Source: Zestosphaera tikiterensis
GTDB lineage: Archaea; Thermoproteota; Thermoprotei_A; Sulfolobales; NBVN01
Length of the DNA: 28,453 nucleotides
NCBI GenBank assembly: GCA_003056265.1
Contig: NBVN01000009.1
Location: forward strand, 1-28,453
Direction of reading: 5' to 3'
A program made the translations under genes and the position numbers. The notes below the pieces were generated by a model. It saw only the letters and a list, made by a program, of their open reading frames with translations, ran no database searches and had not been told where the DNA came from. Shown one piece after another: positions 8,859-16,732 of this stretch (its first letter is position 1; the number at the start of each line of letters is the position of its first letter).

Positions 8859-9303
8859 GAGCTAAAACTCCGTAAGGACAGAAATCAACGCAATACCCGC
8901 AATGAACGCATATAACAGGTTTATTTGCGTAGACATCCCATTGAACGGCGTTGAAGGGGCATGCCTCCCTGCAATTCCCACAGCCTATACAGAGATTCGG
9001 GTTAAGTATGACTCCACCCCCGCTTCTAGGTATTAAGGCTTTAGTAGGGCATACCTTAGCACATGGCGGGTCTTTACACGCCCTACAAACTACAACTGTA
9101 AACCCTCTCTCAACCCCACCAACGCTCCTAACGTATATCGCAGTCCTACCTAATCCCCCTTCAGGAAATCTCCTAGCGCAAGCGAACATGCATGACATAC
9201 ACCCAACGCAGAGGTCAGGATCTGTAACCACTAACCTAACGTATTTACCGACTTGCTTAGTAGATGAGGACACACGCCCCAACCTCGTTATTTTAATATT
9301 CAT
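8842..9303 (-). CDS. 4x[4Fe-4S] ferredoxin-like electron-transfer subunit
   Basis: 153 aa with four Cys clusters: 'CVGCMSCMFAC', 'CRACKDPPCAKVC', 'CIGCGNCREAC', 'CVHCGYCVDFC'. Its 3' end overlaps the AOR start by 17 nt, which implies translational coupling. Confidence 0.8.
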   Translation of the reverse strand: MNIKITRLGRVSSSTKQVGKYVRLVVTDPDLCVGCMSCMFACARRFPEGGLGRTAIYVRSVGGVERGFTVVVCRACKDPPCAKVCPTKALIPRSGGGVILNPNLCIGCGNCREACPFNAVQWDVYANKPVICVHCGYCVDFCPYGVLALEEVA

Positions 9304-9331
9304 ATGTATGCGGTTCTTTATTAACTTTACA

Positions 9332-10069
9332 TTAAAGATGTTTTATTAACGTCCTATACTTGCTGATGTACTCTCTATTGCGTTCGCTACCCCCTGGAAC
9401 GTTAACGCTTGTCCACATCTCTGGAGCAATACCCTTCTCAAGAAGTTTCTCAGCAGCTCTAACATTCACCGCATGTAATATGAAGCTATTAACCATAGTT
9501 GATATGGGGAACGTCTTCACGTAGTCGTTAATTACGTAGGTAACGTCGCCTTCAGGGATTTTATTATCTATTACAACATCGGCGACTTCGTAAAGCCTCT
9601 TACCTAAGCTATTCTCAGGCTTTAAACTCATCGAATACTTCACTGAAGTTATCGCTACGACCTTAACGCCCCTCTCCTTAAAGGAATGAGCTAACTCCAC
9701 CGGGACGGCGTTCTTCCCCGAATTACTCACCACAACTAAGACGGAGTTAGGTAGTATCGGCGTCGATTCAACTAAGCTCTTCGCATAATTAGGAAGTTTC
9801 TCAAGTATAGATGCCCTAACAGCTGAAGGAACTCCTAAAAGCGAGAGATCTATGATTGGGTAAACCCTAACTAAACCGCCGGCTCTAAAGAAGACCTCAA
9901 GAGCTACTAGCATAGAATGACCTGTGCCAAACACATACTCAAACCCGCCCTTCTCTATCGCCTCAGCAACGTAGTCAGACGCCCGCTCTAAACTCTCCTC
10001 TCCCTCCTTAATCACTTTCTCCACGTGGTTGTGTAGTATATCGAATAGCTTACTGAATGTCTCAACCAC
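9332..10069 (-). CDS. SIS (sugar isomerase) domain protein, UPF0309-like
   Basis: 245 aa. 'VFGTGHSMLVALEVFFRAGGL' and 'VVVSNSGKNAVPVE' match the SIS phosphosugar-binding fold of the UPF0309 type. It lies only 28 bp upstream of the ferredoxin gene on the same strand. Confidence 0.65.
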   Translation of the reverse strand: MVETFSKLFDILHNHVEKVIKEGEESLERASDYVAEAIEKGGFEYVFGTGHSMLVALEVFFRAGGLVRVYPIIDLSLLGVPSAVRASILEKLPNYAKSLVESTPILPNSVLVVVSNSGKNAVPVELAHSFKERGVKVVAITSVKYSMSLKPENSLGKRLYEVADVVIDNKIPEGDVTYVINDYVKTFPISTMVNSFILHAVNVRAAEKLLEKGIAPEMWTSVNVPGGSERNREYISKYRTLIKHL

Positions 10070-10132
10070 GGTTTAACACTCTCAAACATTTTATGAGCGG
10101 CGTGTTATAAAGATTTCACTAAAGCTAAAAAC

Positions 10133-11335
10133 TCATTGATAAGCTTTAAAATACCAAGGAATTAACTGAACGACTTTACCGAAGACCACATTAACCATTC
10201 TATCCGGGCTTATGGGAGGTATGTACTCACCCGCGGTTTGAACTCTCCTGCTGAGGTTAACGTTCTCACCTTTTGAATACCTAGCTATAGCGCGAATCTT
10301 ATTTAACGTAGGCTCAATCTCCTTAAGTAGCTTTCTATTAGTTAACGTTTCCTCTAAATGCTTAACCATCTCTAAAGCTTCTTCAGCGTTTCGCTCCGTT
10401 ACGGTTTCTTCGATAGGGTTTAGAAAAGATGCTTTATTAAATTCGAGAAACAGTGTGAACCAATACCTAGCGTTTTTATTGATTACATATCCTACTGAAT
10501 TCCTTAATGACGTGTTTGAATCGTAGCTTAACCCTTCATACAACATGTCAGCTACTGTATACAAAGGTATTTTAGAAGCTTCCGGCTGATTCGCTAAGTT
10601 AGCGATATACCCCGACACTAGCTTTCTTAAGTTGCCGGTTCTACCACCTATAGGTCCTAAGTGAAGTCTGTAAATACCGTTAACTATGAAGTAATCGTTA
10701 ACTGGGTAGTTATCCCATATGAGGGGTTTACGCTTTAAAACATTCGAAATAAGCTCTAAATCCTCATCACTTATGATTACCGGAGCTACCTTCATCCCGG
10801 TCCAGGCAATATCGACTTCTGGATAGACCCGCTCACCCAACTCCCTCATATAATCCTCTACGATGCCGTAGTAGTAGGTAGGGCATAAAAACATCCTCTT
10901 AGGTCTTAATTCACTAAATAGTTTATTAGTTAAGGTTGACTGAGCCTCAGCTAAAGTTTTAAACCCCTCACCTCTAAGTGCGGGTGGTATGTCATCTAGT
11001 AATAAGGCTATGGACTCAACTCCTAACTCCATAACCTTAGTGTATTTTCTTATGAGGAGGTTAACATCATCTCGTGAGGAGTAGTTTATGTCTAAACCAG
11101 GGCTTAAAGCGAACACCACCTCCACGCCGTATTTCCTACCCACGCGGATTAAGTCGGCCATCCTCGATAAATCCTCTGAAGGGTATGGAGCCCTCCACCA
11201 CTCTCTATGGTACGGATCCCACTTAGGTGCGTAGACGTAGGTGTTTAGTTGAATCCTACCCAGAAATTCAATAAGTGAGATTCGATCCATCCAATCAAAG
11301 TAGGGACCGTAGAAACCTTCAACCACACCAAACAT
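10133..11335 (-). CDS. GH84 beta-N-acetylglucosaminidase (O-GlcNAcase homologue)
   Basis: 400 aa. It is near-collinear with the O-GlcNAcase catalytic domain: 'GVVEGFYGP', 'LNTYVYAPKWDPYHR', 'ALSPGLDI', the catalytic pair in 'ALLLDDI', 'CPTYY', 'WTGMKV', 'LIWDNYPVNDY'. No signal peptide is evident. Confidence 0.85.
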   Translation of the reverse strand: MFGVVEGFYGPYFDWMDRISLIEFLGRIQLNTYVYAPKWDPYHREWWRAPYPSEDLSRMADLIRVGRKYGVEVVFALSPGLDINYSSRDDVNLLIRKYTKVMELGVESIALLLDDIPPALRGEGFKTLAEAQSTLTNKLFSELRPKRMFLCPTYYYGIVEDYMRELGERVYPEVDIAWTGMKVAPVIISDEDLELISNVLKRKPLIWDNYPVNDYFIVNGIYRLHLGPIGGRTGNLRKLVSGYIANLANQPEASKIPLYTVADMLYEGLSYDSNTSLRNSVGYVINKNARYWFTLFLEFNKASFLNPIEETVTERNAEEALEMVKHLEETLTNRKLLKEIEPTLNKIRAIARYSKGENVNLSRRVQTAGEYIPPISPDRMVNVVFGKVVQLIPWYFKAYQ

Positions 11336-11360
11336 TGTGGAATACCTCCTTAAATGGGGT

Positions 11361-12425
11361 TTAAGTCCCTACCGAACATTCCTTTACCACAGCACTTATT
11401 AAAGCATCACTTACGTAAGCATCCCCTAAAACCTTCTTCAACGCTATTAAAGCCGAAGCGCAAGACGCCCTCATAAGGCTTCCCCTAACTATTAACTCAC
11501 ACGCGCTGAACTTACGTTCTAAACACTTAATCAATAAAGACTTAACCAACTCCTTATTGCCTTCGAAAACCCCACCCACAACTGAAACCTCCGGACACTT
11601 CATGCCTAACGCTTCAGCAGCGGCAACTATCTGCTCCGAAAATAAGCAGATCTCCCCTTCGATTATCTCCCTAGCTAAGGCATCGCCCTCTTTAAAAGCG
11701 TTAAACACGTAAGGCGCTAAAGACGCTACCAATCCCTTAGGGTCTTTAGACCTATAAACCGTTGCGAGCACATCACTAACGCTTCTCGATCCCAACCTAC
11801 TTTCAAGGAGTTTATGAAGCGTGGAATGTCTGTCCCTACCCTCTAAAAACTTAAGGTATTCCCTTAAAGCGTAATTTCCTATCCTGTAAGCACTTCCTTC
11901 ATCACCGAGTAAATGCCCCCAACCACCGAACCTTACGTTCCTACCTTTATAAACCCCAAATACGCAACTACCCGTGCCTAAAACAGCTACTATACCATCG
12001 CCGAAAGCAAAAGACGCTACATGAGCTGCTAGAACATCTTCGAAAACGTGGACTTGACTTAAGTCCATATTTAGAGACTTCCCTACAAAACTCCTAACCA
12101 CTTCCTTACTTTCTTCGTTTATAACGCCCGCCATACCTACGCCTAAAGCAACGACCTCAACATCCTTTAAGTTATTGACGAGCTTCCTAACACCGTTAAC
12201 AACGTTTTTACAAGCTACTTTAACTGACGTGGCTGAAGGATTCGCAGGCTTTGAACTCAACAAACCTACTAACGACCCGCTGAGGTCTAAAGCAGCAATC
12301 TCTGTTTTTGAAGCACCAGCGTCAACACCTAAAACAACTTTCTTCAAAGCAGGTGAACACCGAAGATACTTTATCCACGGTTTTAAATATCGTTGACGTA
12401 ACATTCTTAACTTACGGTTAAGCAT
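11361..12425 (-). CDS. BadF/BadG/BcrA/BcrD-type ATPase; predicted N-acetylglucosamine (or MurNAc/GlcNAc) kinase
   Basis: Phosphate-1 motif 'VLGVDAGASKTE', then 'VLGTGS' and 'GGWGHLLGDEGSAY', typical of NAGK/BadF-type sugar kinases. The ORF-track N-terminus is probably over-extended. A TTG at 12347 (giving M-KKVVLGVDAG) has GGTG about 11 nt upstream and an ATATTTAAAA box at 12390-12381. Confidence 0.7.
   Translation of the reverse strand: MLNRKLRMLRQRYLKPWIKYLRCSPALKKVVLGVDAGASKTEIAALDLSGSLVGLLSSKPANPSATSVKVACKNVVNGVRKLVNNLKDVEVVALGVGMAGVINEESKEVVRSFVGKSLNMDLSQVHVFEDVLAAHVASFAFGDGIVAVLGTGSCVFGVYKGRNVRFGGWGHLLGDEGSAYRIGNYALREYLKFLEGRDRHSTLHKLLESRLGSRSVSDVLATVYRSKDPKGLVASLAPYVFNAFKEGDALAREIIEGEICLFSEQIVAAAEALGMKCPEVSVVGGVFEGNKELVKSLLIKCLERKFSACELIVRGSLMRASCASALIALKKVLGDAYVSDALISAVVKECSVGT
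12381..12390 (-). promoter_or_regulatory. TATA-like box for the kinase/GH84/SIS transcription unit
   Basis: ATATTTAAAA on the minus strand, about 38 nt upstream of the candidate TTG start at 12347. Confidence 0.3.
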
Positions 12426-12481
12426 ATGAGGAGGAAAGTTTTTTATCTTTACTTAATCGATTTAATGAGGTTCAACAACAT

Positions 12482-13624
12482 ATGCGTGAGGTAAAGCACG
12501 TATGCGTGGATTTTAATGAGGATAGACTACATAGAGTCGAAAGCTTACTTAACACATACGTTAATCACGCGTTCCCAGGGGCGCATTTAACGGTCGTAAG
12601 CTGCGGCGACGTAGTTTTAGATGTGTTGCTAGGGTATGCCGAGATCACACCTTTAAGAAGGGGTTTAACACGTGATATGTTGTTTGATTTAGCGTCGTTA
12701 ACTAAGGTGTTGGTGACTTCCATAATCTACGGTAAGCTTGTTGAGGAAGGTTTAGTAAGCTTAAGACAGAAAGTTTCGGAGATAGTGCCTGAATTCGTTA
12801 AAACGGTTGCTGGAAGTAGTGAAATTAAGGAGAGGATAAGGCTTTGGATGCTTTTATCCCATGCCTCAGGTCTCCCACCTTGGATGCCGTTCTTTAAACT
12901 CGCTAATTCGAGGGAGGAGGTTTTCTCAGAAGCTGTTAAGGTTTTCCCGGCAAGCACGCCTGGAGAGGTTGTAACGTATAGTGACATAAACTATATAATA
13001 CTGACTTACATAGCTGAATTAATCACCGGTGAGAGGATAGATCGTCTATTCGAGAAATACGTGGTTAAAGCCCTAAACCTAAGGAGGACTTCATACAATC
13101 CTTTAACGCGTGGATTCAGTAAAGACGAAATAGTGGCTACTGAGGTTGACGAGAGACGCGGCGGTACGTTAGTAGGCGTTGTCCACGACGAAAACGCTTA
13201 CGTAATGAATGGCGTTTCAGGCCACGCAGGTCTTTTCTCATCTGTTGAGGACTCCGCAAAGCTGATTGTTGAGCTTATTAGATCTTACCGTGGTGAAAGC
13301 GACGCTCTACTCTCGCCAGTAATAACTCAAACTTTCCTAAGGCCTTGGGCATGCGACAGCAACCTATGCTACGGTATTGGATGGCGTGTCAACAGCCACG
13401 GTAAGGTAGACTTCGATCAGTTAACTGACTTGTGGGTTTCCACATCATTTAGCCATACGGGATTCACAGGTACTTCTATATGGTTTGCGCCTGAGTTGGA
13501 TCTAGCTATACTTCTATATACGAATAGAGTACATCCAAGTAGAGCTAATGAAGCGATAGTTAAGGTAAGGCCGTTAATACATAACGCCGTATTGTCTTCG
13601 ATTAAAGGCTTAAGAGGTGTTTAG
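12482..13624 (+). CDS. Beta-lactamase-fold serine hydrolase (class C / DD-peptidase / AmiE-like family)
   Basis: 380 aa. It has the S-x-x-K motif 'ASLTK', a second motif 'YSDINY' (usually Y-S-N), and a third motif 'SHTGFTGTS'. No signal peptide is evident. Its stop lies 2 nt before the anmK start. Confidence 0.75.
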   Translation: MREVKHVCVDFNEDRLHRVESLLNTYVNHAFPGAHLTVVSCGDVVLDVLLGYAEITPLRRGLTRDMLFDLASLTKVLVTSIIYGKLVEEGLVSLRQKVSEIVPEFVKTVAGSSEIKERIRLWMLLSHASGLPPWMPFFKLANSREEVFSEAVKVFPASTPGEVVTYSDINYIILTYIAELITGERIDRLFEKYVVKALNLRRTSYNPLTRGFSKDEIVATEVDERRGGTLVGVVHDENAYVMNGVSGHAGLFSSVEDSAKLIVELIRSYRGESDALLSPVITQTFLRPWACDSNLCYGIGWRVNSHGKVDFDQLTDLWVSTSFSHTGFTGTSIWFAPELDLAILLYTNRVHPSRANEAIVKVRPLIHNAVLSSIKGLRGV

Positions 13625-13626
13625 TA

Positions 13627-14832
13627 GTGAGCACCCTTAACAAACTGTCTGAAATCCTGCTTAAGGACAGGCGAGTGATGGTTGGCGCTATGTCTGGAAC
13701 TAGCGCCGACGGCGTTGACGTGATTTTGTTGGAGCTCGACGGTCATGGACAAAACATCAGATGGAGGGAGTTAGGCAAGTACTTCAAACCATACACTAAG
13801 GAGATTAAAAACGCCGTCTTAACGGCGTCTGAGAGGGGGTCAACACGTTTGGTTTGCTCTCTTAACGTTCGTGTGGGGATGTACTTCGGCATGGCTGTAA
13901 AGGAAGCTCTAGAGTACATTGGTATGACGACCGACGAGGTTGACGCTATAGGGTCTCACGGCCAGACAATATATCATATGCCGGAACTTACTTTCGATTT
14001 AGGTATTGGGACGCGATGCACCTTACAAATAGGTCATCCGTCAGTCATAGCTGAAGTTACTGGAATAACTACCGTAGGGGATTTCAGAATTAGGGATATA
14101 GCTGCCGGCGGTCATGGAGCACCCATAATAGCTTACGTTGATTGGGCGTTACTCTCAAGTAAGGCTACAGGTAGGTTAGTTCAAAACATAGGGGGTATTT
14201 CCAACGTGACTATACTGCCGCCTAACCCAAGCTTAGACGATGTAAAGGCTTTCGATATAGGCCCTGGCAACATGTTGATAGATCAAGCCGTGAGGATGTT
14301 ATACGGCGGTAGTTTAGAATACGACCCTAATGGAGAGATAGCATTAAGTGGTAGCGTCGACGAGAAGCTACTGAACGAGCTTATGGAACACCCATTCGTT
14401 AGGAAACCCCCACCTAAAACAGCTGGCAGGAGGGAATTCGGCTCCAGATGTTTAGCGCCCATACTGAAGAAAGCCCTTGAGAGAAACCTCGCTAAAGAAG
14501 ACGTAATAGCTACTTTAGCTATGTTTACGGTGAAAAGCATAATATATAACTACGATAAATACATCCTTTCAAAATACGGGAAGATCTTCTCTGAAGCCAT
14601 CGTAGGCGGTGGAGGCGTGCGGAATAAATTCATAATGAGGGAATTGACGAAAGAGCTTAAGATGAGAGGCATTAATGTCCTCACACATGAAGACTTAGGC
14701 ATAGACTCTAAATATAAAGAAGCATTAGGTATGGCTGTTCTAGCGCATGAAACACTCAGCGGAATCCCAAACAATGTAGTCGGAGCTACAGGAGCTAAGA
14801 AATACGTGATCATGGGAGTTATCTCCCCATAA
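13627..14832 (+). CDS. anmK: Anhydro-N-acetylmuramic acid kinase family protein (AnmK / levoglucosan kinase family)
   Basis: 401 aa. It aligns by eye along its whole length with E. coli AnmK: 'GAMSGTSADGVDV', 'IGSHGQTIYH', 'LQIG', 'VGDFRIRDIAAGGHGAP', 'NIGGISN', 'FDIGPGNMLID', 'PPPKTAGRREF', 'VGGGGVRN', and the C-terminal 'GATGA'. Alternative start at ATG 13678 (MVGAMSG). Confidence 0.85.
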   Translation: MSTLNKLSEILLKDRRVMVGAMSGTSADGVDVILLELDGHGQNIRWRELGKYFKPYTKEIKNAVLTASERGSTRLVCSLNVRVGMYFGMAVKEALEYIGMTTDEVDAIGSHGQTIYHMPELTFDLGIGTRCTLQIGHPSVIAEVTGITTVGDFRIRDIAAGGHGAPIIAYVDWALLSSKATGRLVQNIGGISNVTILPPNPSLDDVKAFDIGPGNMLIDQAVRMLYGGSLEYDPNGEIALSGSVDEKLLNELMEHPFVRKPPPKTAGRREFGSRCLAPILKKALERNLAKEDVIATLAMFTVKSIIYNYDKYILSKYGKIFSEAIVGGGGVRNKFIMRELTKELKMRGINVLTHEDLGIDSKYKEALGMAVLAHETLSGIPNNVVGATGAKKYVIMGVISP

Positions 14833-15043
14833 AGTATGAAACCATCCATCCGAGGATTATCCATTTATTGTCTTCCACCCTTGAGTCCTTCAAGGCGAGA
14901 AGGAGGTCAGAACCATTTAAATCAAGTTAGAAATCACGTCCATATATATTCAGGGGAGACGTCGTTATATCTTGCTAAGCGAATATACAAGCAAGTTTAC
15001 TTTAAGACCTAACTACACTATTTAAAGAAGTTAAAGAAGTAAA

Positions 15044-15889
15044 TTAATCTTCCAGCCTAAACCACGTTTTATTTAGCCTACCTTCATCAAAGTTTAGAAT
15101 TAAGCCTGACTGAAGAGGAACTTCATCAACGCGTCCTTCACTCCTTAAGTGTAACGCTAAAGTTGATGAAACCACAGCATATACGTTCCTACCTTCATAT
15201 TCGTAAAGCTTATAGTAATCAACCTCTTTAACGTTACCTAACCTACCTTTATTCAGGTATGACGTGACTACAGCAATTAAGCTCGACGTGTTGAAAGCTA
15301 ACGCTATTGTGTTTAACGCGGTTTTCGTGAATTTAACAGCCCTTCTGTAAGCGTTAATTAAGCTTTCCCGACTTAACTCACTTATCTGCGAGTATATGTA
15401 GGTTCCAAGCACGTACGTATCTGAAACATCTAAATTATCAAACTCCCTTAAGTTTAAAGCTTTAGTGAGTTCCTCCTTTAAAGCTGTTCCATTATGTACT
15501 AACCAATAATCAAATCCTCTCCCGCTGAAGTAAAATGGGTGTGCGTTAAAAGCGTTTTTAGAACCTATCGACGCCTTCCTTGAATGAAGGATTAACACGT
15601 AATTAAAACTGTCTTTAAGTACATCCAACAGTGAGTTAACCCCAGCTACATCCTTAAAGACTGGTTTAGAGGTTTTATAGCTTGCGATGCGAGCATCGCC
15701 TCCTTTACCATCCCAGCCTACAACTACATAACCCCAGCCGTCGTCATGAGAAGCACATCCCTCTTTACCCGTTAAGGACGCTAAGTACGGATCACATTCG
15801 CTTGATTTAATGAAAGCTTCAACAACCTCGTTAGGGTTTGAGGCATTGGAAGTTACGTTTAAACCTACGATTAAAGCTATCCTACACAT
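15044..15889 (-). CDS. Stand-alone class II (Ntn) glutamine amidotransferase-like protein (YafJ/EgtC type)
   Basis: I place the start at ATG 15889 so the mature protein begins 'MCRIALIVG', as Ntn-type GATases require Cys directly after Met. The ORF-track start at 15985 adds 32 aa and overlaps the HAD gene. 'HSRKAS', 'NAHPF' and 'VHNG' motifs are intact. Confidence 0.7.
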   Translation of the reverse strand: MCRIALIVGLNVTSNASNPNEVVEAFIKSSECDPYLASLTGKEGCASHDDGWGYVVVGWDGKGGDARIASYKTSKPVFKDVAGVNSLLDVLKDSFNYVLILHSRKASIGSKNAFNAHPFYFSGRGFDYWLVHNGTALKEELTKALNLREFDNLDVSDTYVLGTYIYSQISELSRESLINAYRRAVKFTKTALNTIALAFNTSSLIAVVTSYLNKGRLGNVKEVDYYKLYEYEGRNVYAVVSSTLALHLRSEGRVDEVPLQSGLILNFDEGRLNKTWFRLED

Positions 15890-15908
15890 AACCGACACCA
15901 CCGTATAC

Positions 15909-16637
15909 CTACTTATTAAAACTTGAGCGTAACTTAAATAAAGCACTAGGTAATTGCTGCAGGTTCTCCACCACGTCGTCAGCAACTACTGAAGCGTCAA
16001 TACTTAATAACCTACGGTATGTGTCTTCATATATGGATCTCCATCTAAGGACATGTATGGCTTTAAACCCGAACGTCTTAGGGAAGTAAACGTCGAAAAC
16101 GTAACTGTCTCCAACGGTGATTAACTCACCGGAGCTATCACAGCATGAGTAGAAATTCCGACAGTTTTTAAGGCAGCCAACTCTGTCAGGACTTACTATA
16201 AGGTCGAAATACCTGTTTAAACCCGATTCCCTAATAACGCATTCCTGATACTTCATCAACCCATTCGTCGATAAAACCAGTTTATAACCTAAGTCTCTCA
16301 ACTTCTGAAGTACTTCATAAGCATTGTCAAGTATCTTAACTTCCTTACAGAAATGTTTGGAAAACCTACCCTCTATGTCTGCCTTATACCTAACTCCCAA
16401 CACCTTACTTACCTCATCAGCTATATAATCCCAATCGAAAGCCCTTGGGGTCGACATCTTAATTAAGTTTAAATGTATATTCATAGCTTGAGTAACAACG
16501 AATTCTTTAGTACGCCCGGATAACATAGCCAGCTCTTCATATGCTTTATTTATTAATGAAGATATCGGTGAAACCACCAACGTGTTGTCTAAGTCTATCA
16601 TCAACACGACTTCACTCAACTCACGCCAACACCGCAT
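15909..16637 (-). CDS. HAD-superfamily hydrolase (probable phosphatase)
   Basis: Motif I 'IDLDNTL', motif II 'LVLSTNG', motif IV 'VGDSYVFDV'. The start is more likely ATG 16601 (MIDLDNTL), since HAD motif I normally sits at the extreme N-terminus. Confidence 0.65.
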   Translation of the reverse strand: MRCWRELSEVVLMIDLDNTLVVSPISSLINKAYEELAMLSGRTKEFVVTQAMNIHLNLIKMSTPRAFDWDYIADEVSKVLGVRYKADIEGRFSKHFCKEVKILDNAYEVLQKLRDLGYKLVLSTNGLMKYQECVIRESGLNRYFDLIVSPDRVGCLKNCRNFYSCCDSSGELITVGDSYVFDVYFPKTFGFKAIHVLRWRSIYEDTYRRLLSIDASVVADDVVENLQQLPSALFKLRSSFNK

Positions 16638-16732
16638 TTTAAAACGCTTAAAGGTTTAAAACCGTGTCTACATTCTTCATAAGATGTTTAAATCACTTTA
16701 ACGTAACTTAATAATAGGTAGGTAGTTAGTAA

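Noticed and set aside
12348-12425. A 26-aa basic N-terminal extension of the sugar-kinase ORF (MLNRKLRMLRQRYLKPWIKYLRCSPA).
   Set aside because: BadF/NAGK-type kinases start a few residues before the DxGxT phosphate-1 motif. The extension contains a good TATA box and GGTG for a TTG start at 12347, so it is probably 5' UTR or promoter. I kept the track coordinates in the feature and flagged the alternative start.
14865-15043. Short hairpins in the convergent intergenic region after anmK: TCCTTC-N7-GAAGGA near 14894-14912 and CTTGCT-N13-AGCAAG near 14971-14995.
   Set aside because: The 6-bp stems are within chance expectation for a 180-bp A/T-rich spacer, with no adjacent T-tract or repeats to support a function.
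15890-15985. A 32-aa N-terminal extension of the Ntn amidotransferase ORF (MLTTWWRT...), overlapping the HAD gene.
   Set aside because: Class II GATases need Cys at position 1 after Met removal. The internal ATG-TGT at 15889 gives exactly that and removes the overlap.
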